This document shows positions 1 through 8,894 of a stretch of DNA of 64,000 bases, in pieces (position 1 is the stretch's first letter; each line of letters opens with the position of its first letter). Location: assembly GCA_963702095.1 (NCBI GenBank), contig OY969706.1, positions 1,856,001 through 1,920,000 of the forward strand. The letters are read 5' to 3'. The translations under genes and the position numbers were made by a program. A model generated the notes under the pieces. It saw only the letters and a program-made list of their open reading frames with translations. It was not told where the DNA came from and made no database searches. The stretch comes from Candidatus Bathyarchaeota archaeon (GTDB taxonomy: Archaea > Thermoproteota > Bathyarchaeia > Bathyarchaeales > Bathycorpusculaceae).

Positions 1-15
1 GCAGCCACTTTGCGG

Positions 16-786
16 CTAAACACTCAAACCATCAACTTTAAGCACACTTTCGATTTTATTAATAATCAACGGTTGCGGCACCACTACGGTTTTGCAGTTA
101 TCCATCACACCTCCCTTGAGCAGTATCTCCATAGTTTGGGGGCCTTCGTTAAACAGTAAATCAATTATGGACATATTAGGTTGGAAACCCTCGAATCTTT
201 GCCGATAGACAGGGTGCACGTAGTTGTGCCATTGCACTTCGATGTTTGCGGCGGTGAAGAGTGTTTCGTCGACGTAGTTTTTGCCGCCTGACCCCGAAAG
301 GTAAACGTCGGCGCCCAAAAACTTGCACATCGAGACCAGTTTCTCGTTTTTTTCTTTTCCAGCGTAGGGGAATTCTGAGGAACGCATCATTTTGGCTTTT
401 ATGCCAAGCAGTTCAGCGATGGCTTTTATGAGATGCAGATTTAACCCGATTAACAATTCGTGGTTGAAGTTTATGGCGTCTTTTATTATGGGATAGTACA
501 TTTGGAAGTAGGGGGTTTTCTCGTAGTTGCTGACTATGAGGTTTAATTGTTTGTTTTTCCATTGGTCGCCTGAGATTTTGACGTCTTTTATGGTTTGGGG
601 GTGACCGTGGATTATGGGCACGGTTAACCAGTCCCATCCCTGCAGGGTTCGGATGCGGTTGCGGTTGTGGAAACCGCCGTGCTGGTACTGTGCATCATCG
701 TAGATGACAAATGTGTCGCATCTGGCAAGCTTGTCAAAGAAGCCCAGCCAGGGAATGTATTCGGGTTGATGTACAAAAATAATCAT
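16..786 (-). CDS. WbqC family protein
   Basis: N-terminal HQPEYIPWLGFF, DDAQY, HNRNRI, YLSGSGG and SIIDLLFN motifs typical of WbqC-like proteins. Confidence 0.85.
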   Translation of the reverse strand: MIIFVHQPEYIPWLGFFDKLARCDTFVIYDDAQYQHGGFHNRNRIRTLQGWDWLTVPIIHGHPQTIKDVKISGDQWKNKQLNLIVSNYEKTPYFQMYYPIIKDAINFNHELLIGLNLHLIKAIAELLGIKAKMMRSSEFPYAGKEKNEKLVSMCKFLGADVYLSGSGGKNYVDETLFTAANIEVQWHNYVHPVYRQRFEGFQPNMSIIDLLFNEGPQTMEILLKGGVMDNCKTVVVPQPLIINKIESVLKVDGLSV

Positions 787-1095
787 CTGTTTACTCCTCA
801 GGGAAAAGCCTCACTGTTTAGCAGCATAGTAGTATTGTGTCAAACCGTCGAAAAGTAGCTTCTACCAATGTATTGTGGGTCAAAGAGGGAAATAAAAATA
901 ATGGGGGCTTAGGAGTAGTCATAATGGAGACTCAGGGGTAATTTACGCCACTTTTTTGGGGTCTTCGATGTCTTTAACTGAAACGTCAGGATAAGTTGTT
1001 GTAAATTATTGCCTTTCAAACAATCAACCTCGCCGATAATGGATGAAGTTCGAAATTATAAGCAATAGTTGTACCCCATCTGATGCCACAGAAAT

Positions 1096-2244
1096 CTATT
1101 GGAGGCTGGCGGCGGCTTCACTGAGCAGTTTACGCACGGGCAGATGCTGCGGACAGATGGCTTCGCATTGTCCACAGTGAAGGCAGGCGTTTGCACGCTG
1201 TTCCTCGGGCACCGCAGCGAGGTAGCGGCGTTTGATTTCTTGTTGAACCGCTGGTTCCCGACGTTTCGTCGAATACTCGTTAAGATACGCCAACGTGAGG
1301 GGTATGTCTATGCTTTGGGGGCAGTGGCTGCAGTAGTGGCATTTGGTGCAGCCGATGTAGCCGTATTTCTGGAAAAGCTCCCTTGACCGCCTGAGCGCGG
1401 AGAGTTCTTTTTGAGTCAACGTGTTTGGTCCGCTGCGGTCTGCACACGCCAAGTTTTCCTCTACCTGCGCCATCGAATTCATGCCGCTAAGCGCCAAAGA
1501 CACCTCAGGCTGATTCCAAACCCACTGTAGCCCCCAATCGGGCGGGCTCCGTTTTACCCCTGTTTTGTCCCATTCTGCTTGGATTTCGGCGGGCGGCGGC
1601 ACCGCGAGTAAGCCTCCGGCAAGTGGCTCCATAATCACCACTGCCAATCCCCGATCTGCAGCGTATTTTAAGCCGTTTTTACCTGCCTGATAGTGCTCGT
1701 CTAAGTAGTTGTATTGTATCTGGCAAAACGTCCAGTCGGAGTAGCCATCCACTATTTCTTTGAAGACTCCAAAGTCATCATGGAAACTGAAGCCCAAATA
1801 GCGGATTCTGCCCCTATCGATTTGGCGCTCTGCCCACTCAATCATGCCTAACTCTTTGACTTTAAGCCATGATTCTTTGGTTAGCGCGTGAAGCAGGTAG
1901 AAGTCGATGAAGTCGGTGTTTAACCGTTGCAGCTCCGTGTTTAGGATGCCGTCGAGTTCACTGCGGCTCTGGACTGAGAAAACGGGCATTTTCGTGGCGA
2001 TTTTGGCTTTGCCCCGGTACTTGCCTTGGAGCGCTTTGCCGATGGCGACTTCGCTGTTACCGTCGTGGTACACGTAAGCAGTGTCGATGTAGTTGACTCC
2101 GTGATCGATGGCGTACCGAATGAGTTTAATGGCTTCCGCTTCATTTACAGTCGCTTGGTCACCGCCGATGATGGGCAGCCGCATTGCGCCAAAACCCAAC
2201 GCAGAGGGCTTCCAATCCAGTTTCCCAAAAGAACGGTACTGCAT
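1096..2244 (-). CDS. Aldo/keto reductase with C-terminal 4Fe-4S dicluster domain
   Basis: LGFGAMRLP, YIDTAYVY, LGFSFHD, IMEPL motifs; C-terminal CTKCHYCSHCP and CLHCGQCEAICP. Confidence 0.9.
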   Translation of the reverse strand: MQYRSFGKLDWKPSALGFGAMRLPIIGGDQATVNEAEAIKLIRYAIDHGVNYIDTAYVYHDGNSEVAIGKALQGKYRGKAKIATKMPVFSVQSRSELDGILNTELQRLNTDFIDFYLLHALTKESWLKVKELGMIEWAERQIDRGRIRYLGFSFHDDFGVFKEIVDGYSDWTFCQIQYNYLDEHYQAGKNGLKYAADRGLAVVIMEPLAGGLLAVPPPAEIQAEWDKTGVKRSPPDWGLQWVWNQPEVSLALSGMNSMAQVEENLACADRSGPNTLTQKELSALRRSRELFQKYGYIGCTKCHYCSHCPQSIDIPLTLAYLNEYSTKRREPAVQQEIKRRYLAAVPEEQRANACLHCGQCEAICPQHLPVRKLLSEAAASLQ

Positions 2245-2340
2245 AAGAACACCGAAGAAACTACCCGTTGGAGCCCTTTAATAGTTTGGTGTAGCCGCAA
2301 GGCAACATCTAAGTCAAAAAAAGCCCTGATTCTCAGTCAA

Positions 2341-2410
2341 TATTTTTTTCTCTTTATGTGGGTGTGGCGTTTTGCGGGGTACCACAAGACGGCAACTGAA
2401 ACGGCACCAC
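2341..2410 (-). repeat. Dispersed intergenic repeat family A, partial copy
   Basis: Reverse complement ccgtcttgtggtaccccgcaaaacgccacacccacataaagaga matches ccgtcttgtgacacccgcaaggcaccacacccacataaagaga at about 27941-27983. Confidence 0.75.
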
Positions 2411-2426
2411 TAACCAAGTAGACTCT

Positions 2427-2585
2427 ATGGATCAGCTTTCACCTGTTATGCAGCAGATTGGTATGCTTAACCTGCGCATTAACGATATGATGACTCAGCT
2501 TAATTCCGTCATGAAAGCTTTAATGGATGAGAATGCTGCCCTCAAAAAAGAAAACTCTGATCTGAAGACTAAAGCGGAGAATTAG
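2427..2585 (+). CDS. Small coiled-coil protein, 52 aa (not in the ORF track)
   Basis: ATG..TAG gives MDQLSPVMQQIGMLNLRINDMMTQLNSVMKALMDENAALKKENSDLKTKAEN; heptad-like pattern; T-rich tract follows. Confidence 0.65.
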   Translation: MDQLSPVMQQIGMLNLRINDMMTQLNSVMKALMDENAALKKENSDLKTKAEN

Positions 2586-2710
2586 CAAGTTTTGCTTAAC
2601 CAAGCTTTTCTTTTTATTCTTTTATTTCGTCGCCATAACCCTTTTCCAGATTGCGGCAGCTTTTGGCTAACAAGTAAACTTTATAACGCATAGATGGGCC
2701 AAGTTTTGTT

Positions 2711-3549
2711 ATGGTTCGCATTGGCAAATATCTCACACTAATCTTAATGATAGGGTCACAATCTCTATTCTGCTAATGGTTGTACATACTAATGCACAGA
2801 TAGTAACTAAACCATCTGTTCCAACCTTCACTATTGCGTTAGCAAACCATCCTCATTATGTAGAACGCACTTATGGAGTTGACCAATACACTGGAGCGAC
2901 TATTGTTAGGGGCGGTTACTCTGTAGATAATAAAACCATTGATGTTTCCATTAATAATCAACAATTTACTTCTTTCGTAGATTCAAAGGGTAATCAAGTG
3001 AATCTGTACTATAACATACGTGTTAAGGGACACTTTGGTCAAGACTTAGATTGGAAGGAACTTTACTCGCCATATTCACAGATACAAAGAGAAGGCGTTC
3101 AGTATACCTGTGATATAGGGCCAATCCAATCAGCTACCCAAAATACCGTAATATCAATTCCAGCAAATTATCCATCTAACTCACAGTTAGACATTCAAGT
3201 GCAAGCACTTGAGGGATATTACACACAATACTATCCATATGCTGGTGTAAGCGGATACGGGTGGCGTTTTACCGGGGAAGCAAGCGATTGGAGCAACACA
3301 CAAGCAATAACTATTGATGAGAGCACTCCCCTGATTACTCCTAATGCATCTTTACCACCACAAAGTGTATCGCCCCCTGAAATTCAAAGCTCAGTAGCAC
3401 CCTCCACGTCTGGTCCTCAAAGTGTGGCTAAGCTAAGTCCAGATTGGACACCTATTGCCATGTTTGCCTTACTTGTTATTATTGCTGTTCTGCTTGTTTT
3501 TGCAGTTGTATTTCTGTATAAGCGGAGAGTAAAAGAAGAAAAACGCTGA
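2711..3549 (+). CDS. Membrane-anchored surface protein, apparent frameshift in the signal peptide
   Basis: ORF 2776..3549 has a beta-rich ectodomain, Pro/Ser linker and C-terminal TM + KRR; ATG 2711 (MVRIGKYLTLILMI) joins it if one base is added in the ggg run near 2753. Confidence 0.7.
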
Positions 3550-3723
3550 GATAACCCTTTAAGAAAAATAGCCTGCTGATCAGCTCTAGATGGCTATCGA
3601 CAAAATAGTTGGAGAATTTAGCAAAGTCGCCTGGTTATAGTTTACGTTTGAGGGCTTAAAATGTTTATTAAGATACATTTGGGGGCTTGAATGCTAAATA
3701 AAAAGTAGATAAGGGAAAAGAGT

Positions 3724-4692
3724 TTAGTTTGTGCCTGTTTGGCAGCGTAGCAGCAGTTTTTCCCAGCGTGCGTCTGTTTCGCGTTGTAATTCGTCGATGA
3801 TGTGGCTGTTCTTCGGCGTGAAGAGGTGACGGAATCTGCCTTGCCCTTGAAGGTAGTCTTTGATGGGCTTCTTTTTCTGTGGTGCCAGCGAGATGACTTT
3901 GCTGGGTATTGAGAGTTGGCGTTTGCCGTTTACTGCTTCCCAAATGGGGAACACACAGGACTCCACTGCCAACTTGGAATACTCCATTGTCTTTGCTGGG
4001 TCTGTTCTCCAGCCTCTGGGACAGGGAGAAAACAAGTGCAGAAACGCGGGTCCCTCGACTTCTAAGCCTTTGCGGACTTTGGTCAGCATGTCTTTCCAGT
4101 AGTAGGGTGTTGCAGTAGCTACATACTCCATTTCATGTGCCAACATTATTTCGGTGATGGGCTTCTTTTTCTCGAGTTTGCCAGGGATCACTTTGCCAGC
4201 GGGGGTGGTTGTGGTTGCTGCGCCGGTGGGTGTGCCGCCGCTGCGTTGGATGCCAGTGTTCATGTAGCCTTCGTTGTCGTAGAGCACAAAGAGGAAGTCG
4301 TGTCCACGTTCAACTGCTCCGGAGAGGGCTTGCAGTCCGATGTCGAAAGTGCCTCCGTCGCCTGCAATCGCTATAATGTCGATGTGTTCTTTGATTTTTC
4401 CTTTCTTCTGCAGAGCTTTCAATGCGGCGTCGATGCCAGAGGCGTTTGCCGCTGCGTTCTCAAAAGCTGTGTGTATCCAAGGTACTGCCCATGAAGTGTA
4501 GGGGTAAATCGATGAAACGACTTCCATACAGCCTGTTGCTTGAGTTACGATTGTTGGTCCACGGGTGGCTTTCATGATGAGGCGGAGCGCTGAAGCTGGT
4601 CCGCAGCCTGCGCAGGCTCGGTGTCCCGAGAGGAACAGGTCGGGTTTGTTTGCGATGTCTTTGGCTGTGAATTTCCATTCTTGAGTTGTCAT
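3724..4692 (-). CDS. porB: 2-oxoacid (pyruvate/ketoisovalerate):ferredoxin oxidoreductase beta subunit
   Basis: GHRACAGCG, ATGCMEV, TPP-binding GDGG..DIG..YDNEGYMNTG, SPCPRGW. Confidence 0.92.
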   Translation of the reverse strand: MTTQEWKFTAKDIANKPDLFLSGHRACAGCGPASALRLIMKATRGPTIVTQATGCMEVVSSIYPYTSWAVPWIHTAFENAAANASGIDAALKALQKKGKIKEHIDIIAIAGDGGTFDIGLQALSGAVERGHDFLFVLYDNEGYMNTGIQRSGGTPTGAATTTTPAGKVIPGKLEKKKPITEIMLAHEMEYVATATPYYWKDMLTKVRKGLEVEGPAFLHLFSPCPRGWRTDPAKTMEYSKLAVESCVFPIWEAVNGKRQLSIPSKVISLAPQKKKPIKDYLQGQGRFRHLFTPKNSHIIDELQRETDARWEKLLLRCQTGTN

Positions 4693-4706
4693 CTTGTTTT
4701 CCTCCT

Positions 4707-5942
4707 CTACTCCCTCAACCCTAAGTAACGCACTTGGGTATCCATTTTACCGGTTTTAACGATTCGCATTAGATCTTCGAAGACTTTGCGTAATTCATGG
4801 GTGCTGTAGTCTCTTCCGCCTAACCCATAGATGTAGTTTATGACTGGAGGACGGGTTGCCGTGTCATAGAGCACATGGTGTATTTCGTGGAAGACTGCGC
4901 CGCCGTAGCCGCCGAAGCTCATGCTTTTATCCATGACAGCGATGGCTTTGGCGTTCTTCAGTGCGTTCTGTAGCTCTTCGACTGGCAGTGGCCTAAACGT
5001 ACGTAGACGCAGAAGCCCTGCTTTCACACCTTCCGCGCGTAGTTCGTCAACGATTACTTTTAGGGTTCCAGAAGTGGAGCCAACACAGACTACAACGATC
5101 TCTGCGTCTGAAACCTGATAGGGGTCAATCAAGCCGTTGCCGTAGCTTCTTCCACTGATCTTTGCGTATTCACTGTTGACTTCCTGTATTCGTTTTAGAG
5201 CGTTTTTCATGCCTTCTTCTTGTTGACGCTTGAACTCGAAGTAGTAGTTTTGGAATGCAACGGGCCCCATAGTCATCGGGTTGGAGGGGTCAAGTTTGAA
5301 CGGTACTGTTTTGCCTTCTTGGTTAGTAACCATTGGAAGCTGCCTTTCACCCACGAACTGTTTAACTAAGTCGTCTGGGAGGATGTTTACGTTTTCAAGT
5401 GAATGGCTCAGGGTGAATCCGTCTAAACATACCATAATCGGCAAGGAGACGCCGAAGGCTTCGGCTATTTTGAATGCTTGCACAACAGAGTCGTAGGCTT
5501 CCTGAGCGTTCTCAACGTAGATTTGTATCCATCCGCTGTCTCTTGCAGCCATACTGTCCGATTGGTCGCCGTGAATGTTTAGCGGTGAAGACAGGGCACG
5601 GTTTGCGATTGCCATGACAACAGGTACACGGGAACCTGAAGCGACAAAAAGCATTTCATGCATCAAAGCTAAACCTGCTGAAGCGCTGGCTGTGAAAGTT
5701 CTGGCGCCTGTTGCAGCGGCGGCGATGCATGCGGTCATTGCGCTGTGTTCGGATTCTGTGCATACAAACTGTGTTGGAACTTCCCCGTTTGCGACGTATT
5801 CGCTGAATTTTTCAACGATGATGGTTTGTGGAGTAATTGGGTAAGCTGCAACAACGTCAACGTCACATTGTTTAGCAGCAAAGGCGACCGCTTCGTCGCC
5901 GTTGAACGGCATCGTTACTTGTTTAGTTTGCTGTTGAGTCAT
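4707..5942 (-). CDS. porA: 2-oxoacid:ferredoxin oxidoreductase alpha subunit
   Basis: GDEAVA, AAYPITPQT, ESEHSAM, YGLGGRD; likely start MTQQQ at 5942, just after the porD stop. Confidence 0.92.
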   Translation of the reverse strand: MTQQQTKQVTMPFNGDEAVAFAAKQCDVDVVAAYPITPQTIIVEKFSEYVANGEVPTQFVCTESEHSAMTACIAAAATGARTFTASASAGLALMHEMLFVASGSRVPVVMAIANRALSSPLNIHGDQSDSMAARDSGWIQIYVENAQEAYDSVVQAFKIAEAFGVSLPIMVCLDGFTLSHSLENVNILPDDLVKQFVGERQLPMVTNQEGKTVPFKLDPSNPMTMGPVAFQNYYFEFKRQQEEGMKNALKRIQEVNSEYAKISGRSYGNGLIDPYQVSDAEIVVVCVGSTSGTLKVIVDELRAEGVKAGLLRLRTFRPLPVEELQNALKNAKAIAVMDKSMSFGGYGGAVFHEIHHVLYDTATRPPVINYIYGLGGRDYSTHELRKVFEDLMRIVKTGKMDTQVRYLGLRE

Positions 5943-5943
5943 T

Positions 5944-6234
5944 TTATTCCGCCTCTTCATCTTCTATTTTCATAGTAATCGCCTTGGTTGGGCATTCGTT
6001 AGCGCATATTCCGCAGCCCTTGCAGAACGCCATGTCAAACTTGATTTTGCCCTGTTCAGGACGCCAATTAATCGCGCCTTCAGGACACAGCATTACACAT
6101 GTTAGGCAAGTAGTGCATTTTTCTAGGTCACGTATAGGCATGTAAGTTTTCCAGTCGCCAGTCATGAAGCCGATGCTGGATTTGGGGCAGACTCCAGCTA
6201 TTGAGATTTCTTTCCAACCCTTTTCTTTGCTCAT
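5944..6234 (-). CDS. porD: 2-oxoacid:ferredoxin oxidoreductase delta subunit (2x4Fe-4S)
   Basis: TGDWK, CTTCLTCVMLCP, CKGCGICANECP. Confidence 0.92.
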   Translation of the reverse strand: MSKEKGWKEISIAGVCPKSSIGFMTGDWKTYMPIRDLEKCTTCLTCVMLCPEGAINWRPEQGKIKFDMAFCKGCGICANECPTKAITMKIEDEEAE

Positions 6235-6794
6235 TCAGTTTTTGCCTCCTTGAATGCTTCTTGGATAACTGCAAAGTTTTTCTCTGCCAAGTCAGGGCGG
6301 AAACGGGACTTCAAAGTTTTCTCAATACCTTCTAAAGTCACGATTTCTGTTGCTTTAGCAACTACTCCTAACAGTGCCGTGTTTGTTATTGGGGCACCCA
6401 AAATCTTAAGAGCAATCGCGGTTGCGGGGACTGTCCACACTTTTCCTTTGACGACTCTTAGGTTTTCTTTTAGTTTGGCGGGTTCCTCGTTCGAGTTAAT
6501 AATTAAACAATCTTCTTCACGGTTTAATCCAGCAGTTACAGGGACAGTTTTTAGCAAAGTATCATCTAAAACCACCACAACGTCTGGATCATAGACTGCA
6601 CAATGCAACCTTATGGGGTCAGTGCTGATTCGGGTAAACGCGGTTACCGGGGCACCCATTCTCTCTGGCCCAAACTCTGGGAAAGATTGAATGTACTTGC
6701 CTTCGTCAAGCGCTGTTCTGGCCAAAAGTTCACTGGCAGTCCAAGCGCCCTGACCGCCTCTACCATGCCATCTAAACTCTACCATAGTTTTCAA
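6231..6794 (-). CDS. porG: 2-oxoacid:ferredoxin oxidoreductase gamma subunit
   Basis: EFRWHGRGGQG, FPEFGPERMGAPV, NTALLG. Confidence 0.92.
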   Translation of the reverse strand: MKTMVEFRWHGRGGQGAWTASELLARTALDEGKYIQSFPEFGPERMGAPVTAFTRISTDPIRLHCAVYDPDVVVVLDDTLLKTVPVTAGLNREEDCLIINSNEEPAKLKENLRVVKGKVWTVPATAIALKILGAPITNTALLGVVAKATEIVTLEGIEKTLKSRFRPDLAEKNFAVIQEAFKEAKTE

Positions 6795-7091
6795 AGCAAT
6801 CCCTTCATTAAAGTATTGGTCAGTAAAACTGGCGTATCTCTTTGATATACATTTTTCTAGGGAAAAGTTAAAAACATGCCTATTAAATGTAAAAAATTGG
6901 AGGACAGGCGTTTACATAAAAACCGATTGCGCAAAGTTTAACGGAAACCACTACTTAGGGATAGAAAAATCATTCAGTATTTAAATTTTTTATGGAAAGA
7001 CAACGAAGAACACTTTGAAGAGGTGGAGCTTCCTGCCTGATAAAAAGGTGCCTAATAAGCCAGTTAGCATTCAGCGGTCTGATGTAGAGAC

Positions 7092-8651
7092 ATGAAAACT
7101 ACGATAGAGTTATATTTCCCAAATGATGACAGAATTTCACTTAATAAGTTAGTTTTAAAGGAGATGAGCCCTATGGCAGAAAAGCAAAAAGCAAATGTGC
7201 TTTTGACGGCAGACCGAACGCTGATGAGCAATTACCATCACAATGAGTTCCTCGGCTTCGGCACCTGTGCACCGCCCAATTTCATACCAGAATGGCTCTA
7301 CAGCTACCTGTTTTTTCCACCTTTAGATACCAATCATGGACACCCATGGACTGCGCCTTACGGGCTAAGGAAAACCGAAGCGCAGCTACTAAAAGAAGGC
7401 TTCACTGTTGACACAGTAAGCCCCACCCACATAGGAGAGCACCTAAAAGACACCAAAGTTCTAGGCATACACGCCATGGATCCTTTCGGTTTAGGTCCAG
7501 CATCCACTACACTTGCCGCGCTATTCCATAAAGAACCATATTTGGCGCAGCATTTTCAAGCCTTGCTGAAAAGCGAAGAAATCCACAAAGCCCGCAGAGA
7601 CGGCCTCAAAGTCATAGTTGGCGGTCCTGGAGCGTGGCAGTTTAAGTACCGCGAGAACTGGGTTAAAGACTTAGAGATTGACTGCATCGTTGAAGGCGAA
7701 GGGGAAAACGTGGTCGGCAAACTTTTCCGAGCCGCAGTCGAGGATCAAGAACTTCCCACTCACTATGAGGTCGGAGTGGGAGAAACACCAAGCGTAGAGG
7801 AGATCCCTGATATAGTGAACCCCTCTATTAACGGGTTAATTGAAATCGGCAGAGGTTGCTGTAGAGGCTGCCAATTCTGCAACGTCACCTTAAGACCACT
7901 ACGATGGTACCCTATCGAAAAAATCGAGCGAGAATTAAAAGTTAACTTGAACTCAGGAAAAGTCAAAGGTGTCTGCCTCCACGCCGAAGACGTCATGCTC
8001 TACGGCTCAACAAACACCAGACCTAACAAAGAAAAATTACTGCAACTCCATCAAACAGTGATGAAGCAAATAGAAAGCATCAGTTGGAGCCACTGCTCCC
8101 TCGCCGCCATTGCTTCTGAACCCAAGCTTTTCCATCAACTCTCAGAGATCATCCAGACAAAACAGAAATGGTGGGGAGTCGAAATCGGAATAGAAACAGG
8201 TTCCTCAGAGATTGCGAAAAAAATTATGCCTGCCAAAGCGCATCCGTTCAAAGCCGATAACTGGTATGACGTAGTCGTCGATGGCATGGGTTTAGCACAT
8301 GACAACAACCTTGTCCCCGCCTGCACCCTAATCGTGGGGTTACCGGACGAGAAAGAAGAAGACATCAACAAAACCATGGATTTAGTCGACGATCTCAAAT
8401 GCATGCGCAGCCTCATTGTTCCACTGTTCTTTGTTCCACTGGGGCACCTCACCAACAAAGACTGGTTCACCAACACTAAGCTAAACCAGCGGCATAAGGA
8501 ATTACTGATTCGATGTGCTGAACACGATTTCCGCTGGGTTGACGACCTCATCGACTGGTCGTTCTCAGATAAATGGTACGGAAGAATCATGAAGGAATTG
8601 TACAAGGGTTTCTCAGTTATTGCAAAGCGTAAGGTCAGAGCAGTAGAGTAG
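7092..8651 (+). CDS. B12-binding-domain radical SAM protein
   Basis: RGCCRGCQFC (CxxxCxxC), APYGLRK, IVGGPGAWQ, IGIETGS; real start may be ATG 7164 or 7173 after aaggag. Confidence 0.85.
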   Translation: MKTTIELYFPNDDRISLNKLVLKEMSPMAEKQKANVLLTADRTLMSNYHHNEFLGFGTCAPPNFIPEWLYSYLFFPPLDTNHGHPWTAPYGLRKTEAQLLKEGFTVDTVSPTHIGEHLKDTKVLGIHAMDPFGLGPASTTLAALFHKEPYLAQHFQALLKSEEIHKARRDGLKVIVGGPGAWQFKYRENWVKDLEIDCIVEGEGENVVGKLFRAAVEDQELPTHYEVGVGETPSVEEIPDIVNPSINGLIEIGRGCCRGCQFCNVTLRPLRWYPIEKIERELKVNLNSGKVKGVCLHAEDVMLYGSTNTRPNKEKLLQLHQTVMKQIESISWSHCSLAAIASEPKLFHQLSEIIQTKQKWWGVEIGIETGSSEIAKKIMPAKAHPFKADNWYDVVVDGMGLAHDNNLVPACTLIVGLPDEKEEDINKTMDLVDDLKCMRSLIVPLFFVPLGHLTNKDWFTNTKLNQRHKELLIRCAEHDFRWVDDLIDWSFSDKWYGRIMKELYKGFSVIAKRKVRAVE

Positions 8652-8894
8652 TCCACTGCAACCATTAAGCAAAAATTTATTTGTCCAGTGAGGACTGAAC
8701 CCAAAATTTGCGCAATTCACCCCTTTTTGTTTGCCAATGTTCTGGAACCTAATTAGGTGACAGAAGGGTAAGGTACAACCGTTTACAATTCGACCAGTTA
8801 ATTTACAGTTCTAGAACCCACTAAGCTCACATACTGTCAAAAAATCTTTTGATCCCAAAAAAAGGGAAAGGGAAAGTTGTTTGTTTACCTGTTT

